Source: Vicinamibacteraceae bacterium (lineage in GTDB: Bacteria; Planctomycetota; Phycisphaerae; Phycisphaerales; UBA5793). Taken from it: a DNA stretch of 64,000 nt. The stretch is taken from NCBI GenBank assembly GCA_011525805.1, contig WYBR01000096.1:8969-72968 (forward strand), written 5' to 3'. The notes beneath the pieces were generated by a model, which was not told the origin of the DNA, ran no database searches, and saw only the letters and a program-made list of their open reading frames with translations. Position 1 is the first letter of the stretch. Every line of letters begins with the position of its first letter. This document shows, in pieces, positions 28,849-39,351 of this stretch. The position numbers and the translations under genes were made by a program.

Positions 28849-30618
28849 CTATGCGACGCCGCCTTCGACGGAACGACCGTCGTACCCCTCGGGCATGACC
28901 TTTCGCGTCTCGTCCCGGATGAAGTTCAGGACTTGACGCTCGGAATCGAACGAACCGACCTTTCGGGCGATCAGCTCACAATGTCTGGTATCGACGGCTC
29001 GAATCACCCGCTTGATATCGGGTATCGCCGAGGGAACCAGTGAAAGGTTACGCAGCCCGATCCCGATGAGCAACATAATGTAATCCGGGTCGGATGCGAT
29101 TTCTCCGCACAGGCTCACTTCGATCCCCCCACGCCGACCCGAACGGATGCAGTCCTTGATCAGCCTCAGAACCGCCGGATGGGCCGCAGAATAGAGGTTG
29201 GCCACGCGCTCGTTCGTCCGGTCCACCGCCAGCGTGTACTGGATCAGGTCGTTGGTCCCGATCGAGAAGAAGTCCACTTCGCGGGCGAAGGCGTGGCTCA
29301 TGATCGCCGCGGAGGGGGCCTCGATCATGATTCCCACCGGCACGTTGCGGTTGAAGGGCACCCCCTCCTCGTGCAGGTCCTCCATCACGTCATTGAGCAC
29401 CATCCGCGCCTGCCGCAGTTCCAGCGGTCCCGTCACGAGCGGGAACATCACCCGCAGGTTGCCCTCGACGGACGCCCGCAGGATCGCCCGCAACTGGGTC
29501 TTGAAAATCGGCAGGTTCTGGAGGCAGAAGCGGATGCTTCGGCAGCCCAGGGCCGGATTGCGCTCCGGCGCTTCGGCCCGCCGCTGGGTGTACTTGTCCG
29601 AGCCGAGGTCGAGGGTTCGGATGGTGAGCGGCTTGGCCCCGGACATGCGCAGCGCATCGCGGAAGGCTTCGTACTGCTCCTCCTCGGAGGGGTCGCGGTC
29701 GTGGGCGAGGAAGAGGAACTCGCTGCGGTACAGTCCCACGCCGTCGCCGCCGAAGCGGTCCACCAGTTCAACCTCGAAGGGGAACTCGATGTTGCCGTAG
29801 AGGTTGATGCGCACGCCGTCGGTTGTGACGGCCGGGGCCTTGGCGAGATCGACGAGGGAGAGTTCGTAGGAGCGCCGCGCCTCGATGCGCTTGGTGTACT
29901 CGGCCAGAGTTGGCTCATCGGGGTCGATGATGAGGACACCCCGGTCGCCGTCCACCACCAGCAGGTCATCCTCAAAGATGTCCGCCATGGCCCGTTCGAG
30001 GCCGACGATCGCGGGGATGCCGATCGAGCGGGCCATGATCGCGGTGTGGCTGGTGCGGCCGCCGGCATCGGTGACGAAGGCCTTGACGTGATTGGTGTCA
30101 AGGCCGACGGTCTGGCTCGGCGTGAGGTCGTGGGCGATGACGACGACCTCGCCTTCGACCTGCTTGAGACGGCTCTGCGTCTCTCCCACGAGGTGGCGCA
30201 GCAGCCGACGGTCGAGATCGAGAAGGTCGGAGACCTTCGAGCGGAAGGCTTCGCTGTCGAGCGCGCGGAACTTGTCGGCCATGCCCTGGATCTCGGTCGT
30301 GACCGCCCACTCGGCCGGGACGCGCTCCTGTTCGATCCGCGCGTGAACCGGCTCGAGGAAATGCGGGTCGCCGAGCAGGACCATGTGGAATTCGAGGATC
30401 TTGGCCGCCTCGGGGTCGAGTTCCTGCGCCACGCGATCCCGGAGCGTCTGGAGTTCATCAATGGAGGCGGCGACCGCGGCGTCGAGACGATCATGCTGGT
30501 GCGGCAGATCGCCTTCAGACACGTGTCTCCTGGGAATGTGAAGCGCGACGTCGTCGAGGACGAAAGCCCGGCCGATGACGACTCCCGGAGATACGCCGAT
30601 TCCCTTGAGTAACTTCAT
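28849..30618 (-). CDS. ptsI: Phosphoenolpyruvate-protein phosphotransferase (PTS enzyme I)
   Basis: GGRTSHTAIMAR, GVGLYRSEF, FFSIGTNDLIQY, SLCGE. Confidence 0.96.
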   Translation of the reverse strand: MKLLKGIGVSPGVVIGRAFVLDDVALHIPRRHVSEGDLPHQHDRLDAAVAASIDELQTLRDRVAQELDPEAAKILEFHMVLLGDPHFLEPVHARIEQERVPAEWAVTTEIQGMADKFRALDSEAFRSKVSDLLDLDRRLLRHLVGETQSRLKQVEGEVVVIAHDLTPSQTVGLDTNHVKAFVTDAGGRTSHTAIMARSIGIPAIVGLERAMADIFEDDLLVVDGDRGVLIIDPDEPTLAEYTKRIEARRSYELSLVDLAKAPAVTTDGVRINLYGNIEFPFEVELVDRFGGDGVGLYRSEFLFLAHDRDPSEEEQYEAFRDALRMSGAKPLTIRTLDLGSDKYTQRRAEAPERNPALGCRSIRFCLQNLPIFKTQLRAILRASVEGNLRVMFPLVTGPLELRQARMVLNDVMEDLHEEGVPFNRNVPVGIMIEAPSAAIMSHAFAREVDFFSIGTNDLIQYTLAVDRTNERVANLYSAAHPAVLRLIKDCIRSGRRGGIEVSLCGEIASDPDYIMLLIGIGLRNLSLVPSAIPDIKRVIRAVDTRHCELIARKVGSFDSERQVLNFIRDETRKVMPEGYDGRSVEGGVA

Positions 30619-30804
30619 GCTCGTCTCGACCCGCTGGTGACGGGGCAGCGTGCGTCGAGGCCGGCTGCCGCGGTTTCCGGGTCGCCACAGGGTAGGAGAG
30701 GTTGCCCGTTTTCACAAGCCCCACCCGCTCCGGGGGCCGAAATTCCTCGAGACCCGCTCAGGGGACGGCTTGCCCGAAAATCAAGATCCGGGCCCGCCGG
30801 GTCG

Positions 30805-31191
30805 ATGAACTACCCCATGCGCTGGATCGGCACTGATCGCCCGGCGGCGCCGTCCGCCCCAACGCCCGAAGTTCGACGCTGCGGCCGATTGCGCTGCAAC
30901 ATGCTCACCAGTTCGCTCGGGGAGGTCATCGACATCTCCGCCGCGGGAATGCGCATCGCGCATCGCGGCCAGCCTCGAGTCGAGGTCGGCCAGGGCGTCG
31001 AGATCACGCTCGCGTTCGCATCCACCGAAGTCCGGCTGGCCGCCCGCATCGTGTGGATGCGGCGGACCGGGTTCCGGCGACACGAGATCGGCGTCGAGTT
31101 CTGCGACGCCGATCCGGACACCCGGACTTGCCTGACCGAGATCGCCCGCTGCGCCGCCAAACTCGCGGGCTTCCGACCCGAAGCGGCGTAG
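30805..31191 (+). CDS. PilZ-domain (c-di-GMP-binding) protein
   Basis: RRCGR (RxxxR) and DISAAG (DxSxxG), ARIVW, IGVEF. Confidence 0.85.
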   Translation: MNYPMRWIGTDRPAAPSAPTPEVRRCGRLRCNMLTSSLGEVIDISAAGMRIAHRGQPRVEVGQGVEITLAFASTEVRLAARIVWMRRTGFRRHEIGVEFCDADPDTRTCLTEIARCAAKLAGFRPEAA

Positions 31192-31261
31192 TCGTTTCGG
31201 CATCGCTTCGGCAGGCGCCGTCTCGTGCTGCCGCGCCCGCAAAGAGACCGAGGCCGGCGGA

Positions 31262-31834
31262 TCACGCCTCCGCGTTCGGGTCCGGCACGGGGTGCGCCGC
31301 GGGATCGATCGGATCCACTCGGCCCGCGTTTCGGTCGCGCAGAACCATGTAGACGTTGCGCAGGTAGATCGGCCAGCCGAGGATCTGTCCGAGAATGCCG
31401 ATCGGCTCGCCCTGGACAATGAAGTAGGCGAGGAGGATGCTCGCGCCCGCGAGGCTCAGCCACCAGAATCCGAGGGGGACGACGCTGCGTCCGCGGCGCT
31501 CGCTCACGATCCACTGGAGCGCGAAGCGGCCCATGAACATCGCCTGCCCGAGAAGGCCGAAGAGAAACAGCGCGATGGCGCGCGTCGATCGACCCTGCGA
31601 ATAGAACAGGCTCAGGAAGGGCCAGTCCGAAGCGCGGGGATTGCGCGCGGCGCTGTAGACGTAAACGCCCGATCCATCGGCCGCCGGTTCATACCAGGCG
31701 GTCGTCCCGTCGCTGGCGCGGACCTGAACGGCGGTGGGCGCGGCGGGGGAGTCGCCCTGAGACGCGGCGCCCGTTCGAGCGCCAACCGCCAGGATGATCG
31801 CCGCCGCGAGCCAGATGTGAGAACGCCAGTGCAT
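31262..31834 (-). CDS. Lipid-A-disaccharide synthase N-terminal (LAB_N) domain protein
   Basis: FGLLGQAMFMGRFALQWIVSERRGRSVVPLGFWWLSLAG...YLRN. Confidence 0.85.
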   Translation of the reverse strand: MHWRSHIWLAAAIILAVGARTGAASQGDSPAAPTAVQVRASDGTTAWYEPAADGSGVYVYSAARNPRASDWPFLSLFYSQGRSTRAIALFLFGLLGQAMFMGRFALQWIVSERRGRSVVPLGFWWLSLAGASILLAYFIVQGEPIGILGQILGWPIYLRNVYMVLRDRNAGRVDPIDPAAHPVPDPNAEA

Positions 31835-31979
31835 GCGCTGCCTCCCGAGACAAGGTCGGCCCGAGGCACGAGCATAGGCGGCCCCGTGCGCCCACCGGCA
31901 GCGCGGCGCGGCCGCGCCCGGCGCGACGCGGGGCTGGGCATCGCCGATCCACGGCCCGCTCGCTCCTACACTCCGCCCC

Positions 31980-32453
31980 ATGAGTGAGCCACCGGGCGAG
32001 GCGGCGCAGCGGCCGCGAGTGGAGTTGTTCACCGACGGCGCGTGCTCGGGCAATCCCGGGCCCGGAGGCTGGGCGTTCATCTTGCGCCATCCCGCAAGCG
32101 GAACCGAACGCGAGCACAGCGGCGGAGAACGATCGACGACGAACAACCGCATGGAACTCATGGCCGCGATTGAAGGCCTCCGCGCCATCAAGAAGCCCAG
32201 CATCGTCGATCTCTTCTCCGACAGCCAATACGTCGTGAGAGGGCTGAACGAGTGGGTGGCCGGCTGGAAAAAGCAGGGCTGGACGCGCGGCAAGAAGCGC
32301 GAACCGGTGCAAAACGTCGATCTCTGGCAGGATCTTGACGATCTGCGGCATCGCCACACCGTCCGCCTCCACTGGGTGCGCGGCCACAGCGAGCACCCGG
32401 AGAATGAGCGCTGCGATCGCCTCGCCGTCGCCGCCCTTCAGCGATTCAAGTGA
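31980..32453 (+). CDS. rnhA: Ribonuclease HI
   Basis: [38 protein letters not shown]. Confidence 0.98.
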   Translation: MSEPPGEAAQRPRVELFTDGACSGNPGPGGWAFILRHPASGTEREHSGGERSTTNNRMELMAAIEGLRAIKKPSIVDLFSDSQYVVRGLNEWVAGWKKQGWTRGKKREPVQNVDLWQDLDDLRHRHTVRLHWVRGHSEHPENERCDRLAVAALQRFK

Positions 32454-32877
32454 TCTCCGCCGTAACGTGCGTGCGGACGAGGTCGAGGATGCGATCGCGG
32501 TCTCGGCCCAGCGGCAGGCGCACCTCGCGGCGGGCGGCGAACCACGAGCGGCGGAGGCGCATCGAGAGCAGAACGCTGTGCGGGGCGACCTCGACGCGCC
32601 GCACGTGCCGCCATTCGAGGCGCCGGGTCGAGAGGGGCAGCGAGGCGCTGACGCCCTGCTCGTCGATCGTGTAGACGCTCGGCAGGAAGAACTGGTTGAG
32701 CGAGCCGAGAAGCACGGCGGCGCTGAGCAGCCCCCAGCCGAAGTGCTCAAACGTGATCGCCGCGGCGATCGAGAAGGTCAGGATGACCAGCCCGGTCAGG
32801 AGCGCGGCCTGCGGCCGTGTCGCGGCGGGGTGAATTCGCCAGGAGAGCAGCGGCGCCGGCGGGTCGGGGTCGGTCAT
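32446..32877 (-). CDS. Hypothetical membrane protein (two TM helices plus PH-like tail)
   Basis: Coupled to the upstream hydrolase (ATGA overlap); [14 protein letters not shown]. Confidence 0.7.
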   Translation of the reverse strand: MTDPDPPAPLLSWRIHPAATRPQAALLTGLVILTFSIAAAITFEHFGWGLLSAAVLLGSLNQFFLPSVYTIDEQGVSASLPLSTRRLEWRHVRRVEVAPHSVLLSMRLRRSWFAARREVRLPLGRDRDRILDLVRTHVTAEIT

Positions 32878-33815
32878 GGCGTCGGATTCGGTTCGGCCTT
32901 GAGGTGCTCGTCAAAGAATGTCACGGCCCCTTCGAGCGTGCGCAGGAGTTCCGCCCCCGTCCAGCCGTGGCCTTTGCCGATGAGCAGTTCGACGCGGCCG
33001 GACACGCCGGCCTGCGTCAGCGCTTCGCCCATACGCGTCGCCTGCGGCCAGAGGACGAGCGGATCGATCGTTCCCTGAAAGAGCAGCATCGGGGCGTCGC
33101 CGGCGTCAACGTGGTTCACGGGGGACGCCTGGCGGTACACCCCCGCCTGATCCTCGATCGTTCCGCCGAGAAAGTCGCGGACGAGATTCACGCTCTGCGG
33201 CGGATACTCGATGACAAAGTCGGTCGGGCCGAAGAAGGAGACGACCGCCTGGACCTTGCTCGACTCCTCCGCCCATCCGCCCTCGCCTTCGAGTCCGGCT
33301 TCGAGATCGACGGCGCCGAGCATCATGGACAGGTGGGCGCCGGCGGAGAATCCAATGGCGCCGATGCGCTGCGGATCGAGGTGGTGCTCGTCCGCGTGGG
33401 CGCGGAGGTAGCGCACGGCGCACTTCACATCCTCGACCTGCGCGGGGAAGACGTGCTCGGGGCAGAAGCGGTAACTCACGGTGGCGGCGACGTAGCCGCG
33501 CTTCGCCAGTTCGCGGGCCAGGTCATCATGGGCGCGGCGGTGCCCGGCGCGCCAGCCGCCGCCGTGGATGATCACAATGCAGGGGTGTCGCGCGTCGCCG
33601 CTGGAATCCGGTCGCGCGAGGTTGAGTTGCAGATCGACGCCGCCTCCCTGGCCATAAACGATGTCCGGCAGCCATGCGACGCCGGATGCGGCCGGCGTTG
33701 ACTCCGGCTGGGATGCGGGCGTCGCGGGCGGCGCGTGCGTCGCCGCGGCACGGGGGAATGGCGCCATCGCGGGGAGCGCGGCGGCGAGTGCGGTCCAGAA
33801 CCTGCGGTGCGGCAT
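32874..33815 (-). CDS. Exported alpha/beta hydrolase (HSL/BD-FAE-like esterase)
   Basis: HGGGW, GFSAG nucleophile elbow, GTIDPLV, GKGHG; RR-containing signal peptide. Confidence 0.9.
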   Translation of the reverse strand: MPHRRFWTALAAALPAMAPFPRAAATHAPPATPASQPESTPAASGVAWLPDIVYGQGGGVDLQLNLARPDSSGDARHPCIVIIHGGGWRAGHRRAHDDLARELAKRGYVAATVSYRFCPEHVFPAQVEDVKCAVRYLRAHADEHHLDPQRIGAIGFSAGAHLSMMLGAVDLEAGLEGEGGWAEESSKVQAVVSFFGPTDFVIEYPPQSVNLVRDFLGGTIEDQAGVYRQASPVNHVDAGDAPMLLFQGTIDPLVLWPQATRMGEALTQAGVSGRVELLIGKGHGWTGAELLRTLEGAVTFFDEHLKAEPNPTP

Positions 33816-34059
33816 CGGAGCAACTCCCAAGAGCGTGAAGACGCGGCCGGAGATGATACCGGCCGGCGGCGCGCCGCGAAGTTCTCGGAACCTGGACGGG
33901 TCGAGATTCGTACATAAAGGTGGCCGCACGACACGCCGCGCCGCAGCCGCAGCGCTGGACCGGCGCGGCGGCGTGCCGCCCGAAAACTCGCTTTCTCTCC
34001 TTCCGACGTCGATCGTGCGGTCTCAACACGATCGATGTCGTTTTTCTTGATCAAGCGGC

Positions 34060-34809
34060 TCAGCGGTCGCGCTTGGCCTTTCGCGGACCCTTGTGCCCCG
34101 CCTTGCCGCGCGCCGGGCGGCGAGGCCTGGGTCGGACCGGGGCCTCGGCTGCGGCGTGCGCCGAGGCGTCGCCGTGCGCCGCCTGGTGCGCCACTTCCGC
34201 GAGTTTCTGGTGCAGGAGTTCGCTCTCGGGCAGCGTCATGACCTTCTCGACGAGGTCCTCCACCTGGCGATGCAGCGCGCGGCCTGGGTCGAACGTCTCG
34301 AGCGCCGAGTTCGTCAGCGCCTCGACTGCCTCCAGGCACCACCGCGGCGTGAAGGCGCGCGGCGGGCGCATCTTCGCCCGGATCGTCGTCGCCCCCACCA
34401 CCGCCAGGGGCAGCAGCCCCAGGCGCGTGCGCGGCTCCACCGCCAGCGCGAGAACGGGCACGCGCTGCTCGAACGCGGCCTCGGCGATGCGCCGCGCATC
34501 CGCCGCCACCAGCGGCGCGCACATCACGTAGCAGCCCGGCCGGAGTTTCGTCTCACCAGAGGGAGGGTCCTTCTCAAAGACAAAGATGCGATCGGCCTCG
34601 ATCGCCAGGAGGCGCCGCTGCCGCCTCGCCTCCTGCAGCGGCAGCGCGATGCGCGCGACCAGTTCGAACTCGCCCCGCACAAAGGCCGACTGCATCGCCT
34701 TGGCGCAGAGGCGCTCGGAGGCGAAATAGTCGCCGCGCGAAAGCGCCGCGGAGGCTTCCTCCATCACTGCCTCGATCGTCCGCGTGGCGGGCTTCGTGGC
34801 TGCGGTCAT
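34060..34809 (-). CDS. Hypothetical protein
   Basis: 249-aa ORF with protein-like composition, translationally coupled to the upstream gene. Confidence 0.7.
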   Translation of the reverse strand: MTAATKPATRTIEAVMEEASAALSRGDYFASERLCAKAMQSAFVRGEFELVARIALPLQEARRQRRLLAIEADRIFVFEKDPPSGETKLRPGCYVMCAPLVAADARRIAEAAFEQRVPVLALAVEPRTRLGLLPLAVVGATTIRAKMRPPRAFTPRWCLEAVEALTNSALETFDPGRALHRQVEDLVEKVMTLPESELLHQKLAEVAHQAAHGDASAHAAAEAPVRPRPRRPARGKAGHKGPRKAKRDR

Positions 34810-35432
34810 CCCGCCCCTCCCTCGTTCTGGAGCGATTCAACGCGCTCGCCGAGGCGCTCGACGAAGGCCTGCCAGTCGTCCACCACCGGCTGCATCTCGT
34901 AGCCGAGCGTGTCGGCGAGGCTCGACCAGTCCTGGCTGGAGATCGACCGGCGAATCTCCTCCAGTCGGTCGGCGAGCGAGTTGAGCGCCTTGGCCACGGC
35001 GGGTTCCTCGCTGCGCCACTGTTCGATGTCCAGGCCGATGAGCAGGCAGCCCTGCTCGACGCCCTGCCGGACGCTGTTCCACAGGCTCAGCGCTTCCTGG
35101 AGTTCGGAGAGCCCCTCGGCGAAGCGCCCCGCCTGAAAGTGCTCGGCGATGGCGTCGTGCGACGCAGAAACCTGGCGCAGCGCCTCCGCCGCGTACCCAA
35201 ACGTCTCCGCCACGAGGTTGAGCGGGTCGGTGCTCGTGCAGCGCAGCACCGTTCCCGCTGGGTTGTCGCGAGCGAGGTCGTCCAGATCCGGCCCGTCGAG
35301 CCGTCGATCGTCGAGGAAAACGTCGGTGATGATCCGGCCCTGCGACTCGCACGCGAGGCGCGCCGACTCCAGCGCCTCGGCCGCGCCGCCGCTGACCTCG
35401 TCGAGTTCGTGGTCGTCGAGAACAATGCGCAT
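34806..35432 (-). CDS. Hypothetical helical acidic protein
   Basis: 208-aa ORF with an ATGA overlap with the next gene. Confidence 0.7.
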   Translation of the reverse strand: MRIVLDDHELDEVSGGAAEALESARLACESQGRIITDVFLDDRRLDGPDLDDLARDNPAGTVLRCTSTDPLNLVAETFGYAAEALRQVSASHDAIAEHFQAGRFAEGLSELQEALSLWNSVRQGVEQGCLLIGLDIEQWRSEEPAVAKALNSLADRLEEIRRSISSQDWSSLADTLGYEMQPVVDDWQAFVERLGERVESLQNEGGAG

Positions 35433-35513
35433 GACAACATCATCGGCACGCCGCCGGCCTTTCGCAAGTGGAACGTCCGCAAAAAGGCGGCATCTTGCAC
35501 CTTTCAGCCGCGC

Positions 35514-36194
35514 TCAACGCTCCGCAAGCGTCTCCAGCGTCAGGATCAGTCGCTCCCCCTCGAAGGTGAGATCGCGCAGGACGACGCGGCGGCCGTCGCT
35601 CAGGCGCAGCACCGGATCGATCGGTTGGCCAGCGATCGCGGCGCGCGCCTCGGGCAAGGATCCCGCCGCCGAGAAGAGCGCCTCGCCCGCGAACCCCAGC
35701 GGCAGCCGCAGCCGTCCCGCGCGAAGACGCAGATCCTCGATCCGCAATCGCCCGTTCTCGTCGAGCCGGGGTCGAAACTCAATGCTGTAGGGCTGGCCCG
35801 CACCCGCCGGGCCGTAACTGAGCCCGAAGCGGATGCGTCCGTCGCCGATGTCCACGTTTGCCTCGTCCACGGTCGCGGACCAGGAGAGCCCTCGGTTCGC
35901 GGCCCAGAGGGGCAGGCGCGTGGCGAGCCAGGCGTTGATCCACTGGTCGTCGAGTTCGAGCGTCCACCGCGCCGCCTCCGGCGGCCGCACCTTGTGAAAC
36001 GCGGTAACGACCTGGTTCTCGAAGTACTCGCCCCGGACGATATTGCCGGTGGACTGCGCCTCGGCCGGATTCCACCACGCCGGCCGCGACCGGACCATTC
36101 GCCAGGCGACGGCCGCGATGAGCAGCAGCAGCACCGCCGCCGCGCCCAGCGACCACCACAGCGCGCGCCGGGTGCGGGACCGGGCGGGCTTCAT
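35514..36194 (-). CDS. Hypothetical protein with N-terminal membrane anchor
   Basis: Single TM helix; coupled to the ketosynthase stop. Confidence 0.7.
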   Translation of the reverse strand: MKPARSRTRRALWWSLGAAAVLLLLIAAVAWRMVRSRPAWWNPAEAQSTGNIVRGEYFENQVVTAFHKVRPPEAARWTLELDDQWINAWLATRLPLWAANRGLSWSATVDEANVDIGDGRIRFGLSYGPAGAGQPYSIEFRPRLDENGRLRIEDLRLRAGRLRLPLGFAGEALFSAAGSLPEARAAIAGQPIDPVLRLSDGRRVVLRDLTFEGERLILTLETLAER

Positions 36195-37516
36195 GCGCCG
36201 GCGAACCGCTTGACGACGAGCGTGTCGTTCTGCCCGCCGAAGCCGAAACTGTTGGAGAGCGCCACGTCCACCGCCGCCCGCCTCGACCGGTTGGCAACGT
36301 AGTCGAGATCACACGCGGGATCGGGCGTCTTGAGGTTCATCGTCGGCGGCAGCCAGCCCGTGCGGATCGCCTGGATGCAGGTGATGAGTTCGACAGCGCC
36401 GGCGGCGGCGATGAGGTGGCCCATCATCGACTTGATCGAACTGACGGGAATCTCCGGCGCGAGGTCGCCGAAGACGCCCTTGACCGCCCGCGTCTCGATC
36501 GAGTCGTTCTCCTGCGTGCCGGTGCCGTGGGCGGAGATGTAGTGGATGGGAGGCCGGCCGTCGGGCAGGCGCTCATGCGGATCGATGCCGGCGTCATTGA
36601 GCGCTTCGAGCATCGCCGCCCGCGCGCCCAGTCCCTCAGGTTGAATGTCGGTGATGCGGAACGCGTCGGCGGAAGAGCCGAAGCCGATGAGTTCAGCGAG
36701 GATCGTCGCGCCGCGCGCAAGGGCGTGTTCGAGCGTCTCGATGATGATCATCCCCGAGCCTTCGCCCATGACGAAGCCGTCGCGAGAGAGATCGAAGGGG
36801 CGCGAAGCGCTCTGCGGAGAATCGCGGCGGGTGCTCAGGGCGGTGAGGCGATTGAAGCCCGTTACGCCGAGCGGATGAAGCATCGTGTGCGCGCCGCCGG
36901 CGACCATGACATCTGCATCGCCGCGGCGGATGATCTCCATGCCCTCGCCGACGGCCTGGGTCGAGGCGGCGCAGGCGGTCAGGCAGTTGTACGCCGGGCC
37001 GCGCACGCCGAGTTCCTGCGAAATGTGCAGCAGCGGCATGTTCGCCTCCTGCTCCACTTCTTCGTGCATGACGATGTGCTCGCGGGCCGCGGCGATCCAC
37101 GCCTTCGCATCCACGCTCTGTCCGCCGCTCGCCTCCCAGCCGGCGAGGTTGGATTTCACACTGCTTTCAAACGCCGGCGGCCCTTCGCCCGCGCCGAGGT
37201 AGATGCCCACGCGCCGGCGGTTGAGGTTCGCAAAGCGATCGAGGCCCGACTGCCGCCACGCCTGCACCGCGGCGCCGAGCGCATATTGCGTGTTGAGCCG
37301 CGCATGCTCGTGCAACTTCGGATCGCGCAGAAACTGTCGATAGTCGTAGTCGCGCACCTCCGCGGCGAAGGTGGTCGGAAAGGTCTCAGCATCGAAGCGC
37401 GTGATGCGATCGACGCCCGACTCGCCCTTGACGAGGCGCTCCCACACCGCATCGATGCCGTGCCCCAGCGGGGTGACCCAGCCCATGCCCGTGATGACGA
37501 CGCGCCTCTTGCTCAT
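36191..37516 (-). CDS. Beta-ketoacyl-ACP synthase (FabF-like, catalytically intact)
   Basis: RVVITGMG, TACAAS (Cys), SAHGTGT (His), KSMMGH (His), SNSFGFGGQN. Confidence 0.93.
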   Translation of the reverse strand: MSKRRVVITGMGWVTPLGHGIDAVWERLVKGESGVDRITRFDAETFPTTFAAEVRDYDYRQFLRDPKLHEHARLNTQYALGAAVQAWRQSGLDRFANLNRRRVGIYLGAGEGPPAFESSVKSNLAGWEASGGQSVDAKAWIAAAREHIVMHEEVEQEANMPLLHISQELGVRGPAYNCLTACAASTQAVGEGMEIIRRGDADVMVAGGAHTMLHPLGVTGFNRLTALSTRRDSPQSASRPFDLSRDGFVMGEGSGMIIIETLEHALARGATILAELIGFGSSADAFRITDIQPEGLGARAAMLEALNDAGIDPHERLPDGRPPIHYISAHGTGTQENDSIETRAVKGVFGDLAPEIPVSSIKSMMGHLIAAAGAVELITCIQAIRTGWLPPTMNLKTPDPACDLDYVANRSRRAAVDVALSNSFGFGGQNDTLVVKRFAGA

Positions 37517-38847
37517 GCCGATCGCCTGTGCCGTTTGAGGATGATCGCGGTGTTCTGCCCGCCGAAGCCGCTGCCGCACACGAGGACGTGTTCGAGGCGG
37601 GCGTCGCGCTGCCCGGTCGGTGCGGCATCAAGGCCATCCAGGCACTCCGCGGCGCCGAGCCGCGCCGGCAGCGACTGGTTGAGCACGCACAGCGCGCCGA
37701 CCGCCACGTCGATGGCCGACGCCGCCGCCGCGCACAGGCCGATGTTCGGCTTGGTCGTCACCAGCGGAATGCGAGCCAGTCGAGCGCCGAATACCCTGCG
37801 CAGCGCCGCCGCCTCGGCCGCGTCGTACTCGGGCGCGCCGCAGCCGAGCGGCACGATCGCATCAATCGCCTCCGCGTCGATGGACGCATCGCCCAGCGCC
37901 TGGCGGATCGCGTCCGCCAGCCCCTCGCCGCCTGAATCCGGCCGTGGCGGGCAGACGCTCAGGTCGGCCGATTGGGTGGCGCCGAAGCCGGCGATGGTGG
38001 CGTAGACGCGGGCGCCGCGTTTCGTGGCCGTGTCGAGCGATTCGATCATGAGGATCGCCGCCCCTTCACCCGGCAGCGAACCGCTCGCTTCGGCGCCGAA
38101 CGGCGCAACCACGCGCTGCGGATCCATGTCCGGCGAGGTGGCCGCGATCATGCCTGTGTGGAACTGCCGCAGCAGGCCGAGCATGTTGATCTTGCTCTCC
38201 GCCCCGCCGGAGAAGCAGACATCCGCATCGCCGCGCTCGATCACGCGGCGCGACTCGCCGATGCTCAAGGCGCCGGAGGCCTCGCCGCAGGTGATCGTGT
38301 TGCTCGGCCCCTGGCAGTCGTGGATGATCGTGACGTGGCAGGCGAGCATGTTGGGGAGGTACTTGAGCAGCCAGAGAGGCGTCAGTTCGTTCATCCCCTC
38401 GCCGCCCCAGCGCTTCATGCTGAAGGCGCTGCTCTCATCGCGCGCTTTGGCGAAGGCGGTGGTGAGTTCATTGATCTCGGCGACGATGAGGCCGGCCCCG
38501 ATCTGGCAGCCGACGCGATTGGGAGCAAAGGTCGGGGCCGCGCCGTCGCCGAGGCCCTTGGTCACCATCCGCGCATCCTCGACCGCCCGGGCCGCCCCGA
38601 TCACCGCCAGTTCCACATCGCGGCACATGACCTTCACCGCCTTGCGGTAGGTCTTGGGCACATAGTCGCGGACCGACACGGCCGGATCGACTTCGGAGGC
38701 GAAGTTGAAGGGAAAGGCGGAGGCGTCAAACTGCCGCACCGGCCCGATCGCCGACCGCCCCGCGAGCAACCCCTCCCACAGCGCCTCACCGCCGATTCCA
38801 AGGCCGGTAACGACGCCAAGACCCGTAATGGCCACTTCGCGTGACAT
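37513..38847 (-). CDS. Ketosynthase-like protein lacking the catalytic triad (chain-length-factor-like)
   Basis: KS fold (VAITGLG, PGEGAA, GFGGQN) but TCGEASG, VPLGCG and KPNIGL replace the Cys-His-His motifs. Confidence 0.85.
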   Translation of the reverse strand: MSREVAITGLGVVTGLGIGGEALWEGLLAGRSAIGPVRQFDASAFPFNFASEVDPAVSVRDYVPKTYRKAVKVMCRDVELAVIGAARAVEDARMVTKGLGDGAAPTFAPNRVGCQIGAGLIVAEINELTTAFAKARDESSAFSMKRWGGEGMNELTPLWLLKYLPNMLACHVTIIHDCQGPSNTITCGEASGALSIGESRRVIERGDADVCFSGGAESKINMLGLLRQFHTGMIAATSPDMDPQRVVAPFGAEASGSLPGEGAAILMIESLDTATKRGARVYATIAGFGATQSADLSVCPPRPDSGGEGLADAIRQALGDASIDAEAIDAIVPLGCGAPEYDAAEAAALRRVFGARLARIPLVTTKPNIGLCAAAASAIDVAVGALCVLNQSLPARLGAAECLDGLDAAPTGQRDARLEHVLVCGSGFGGQNTAIILKRHRRSA

Positions 38848-38989
38848 GGTTCAAGTCTAGCGCGGGTACGGCGAAGGCAGGGGGCGATCGTTTCCGCGAG
38901 TGCAGTCCAGGACCATGGCGCTCTCACCAGCAAGCGCATCGATCCGCAGCGCGAATCGAATGTCGATCCGCCGCGAAGCGGCGAGCGCG

Positions 38990-39247
38990 AGGCTGAAGGC
39001 CTCATCGCAAGTAGCCGGGGGTGAAGCGCCAGCGCCACCCCCGGAACGCGACGCCCACCCATCCCGATTCCCACTCCGGAGGAGTGGTCGTAGCGTCCTC
39101 TCAAGTGGAAGACGACACGCGCCGTGATCGCGCCGCTCGCCACGAAGACCGCCTTCGGGGTCCAACGAAGTCAACTATGCATCGCACCCGGGGGTGGCGA
39201 TTGAAACAATCGCCACCCCCGGCTACTCACGATCAGACCTTCGGTCT
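38990..39247. mobile_element. MITE/REPIN-like element with 34-bp imperfect terminal inverted repeats
   Basis: 38990-39023 and 39214-39247 are 28/34 complementary; GTAG/CTAC next to the hairpins; perfect 16-bp stem at 39188-39222. Confidence 0.65.
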
Positions 39248-39351
39248 GCAATCCATCATGCCGCGTCACCGCGACATGCCAGGAACTCGAACTGTGCCTT
39301 GCGGCGGCGAAGCGATTCACCACGCGAGGCGTTGAGCCGTACAATCCCCCC

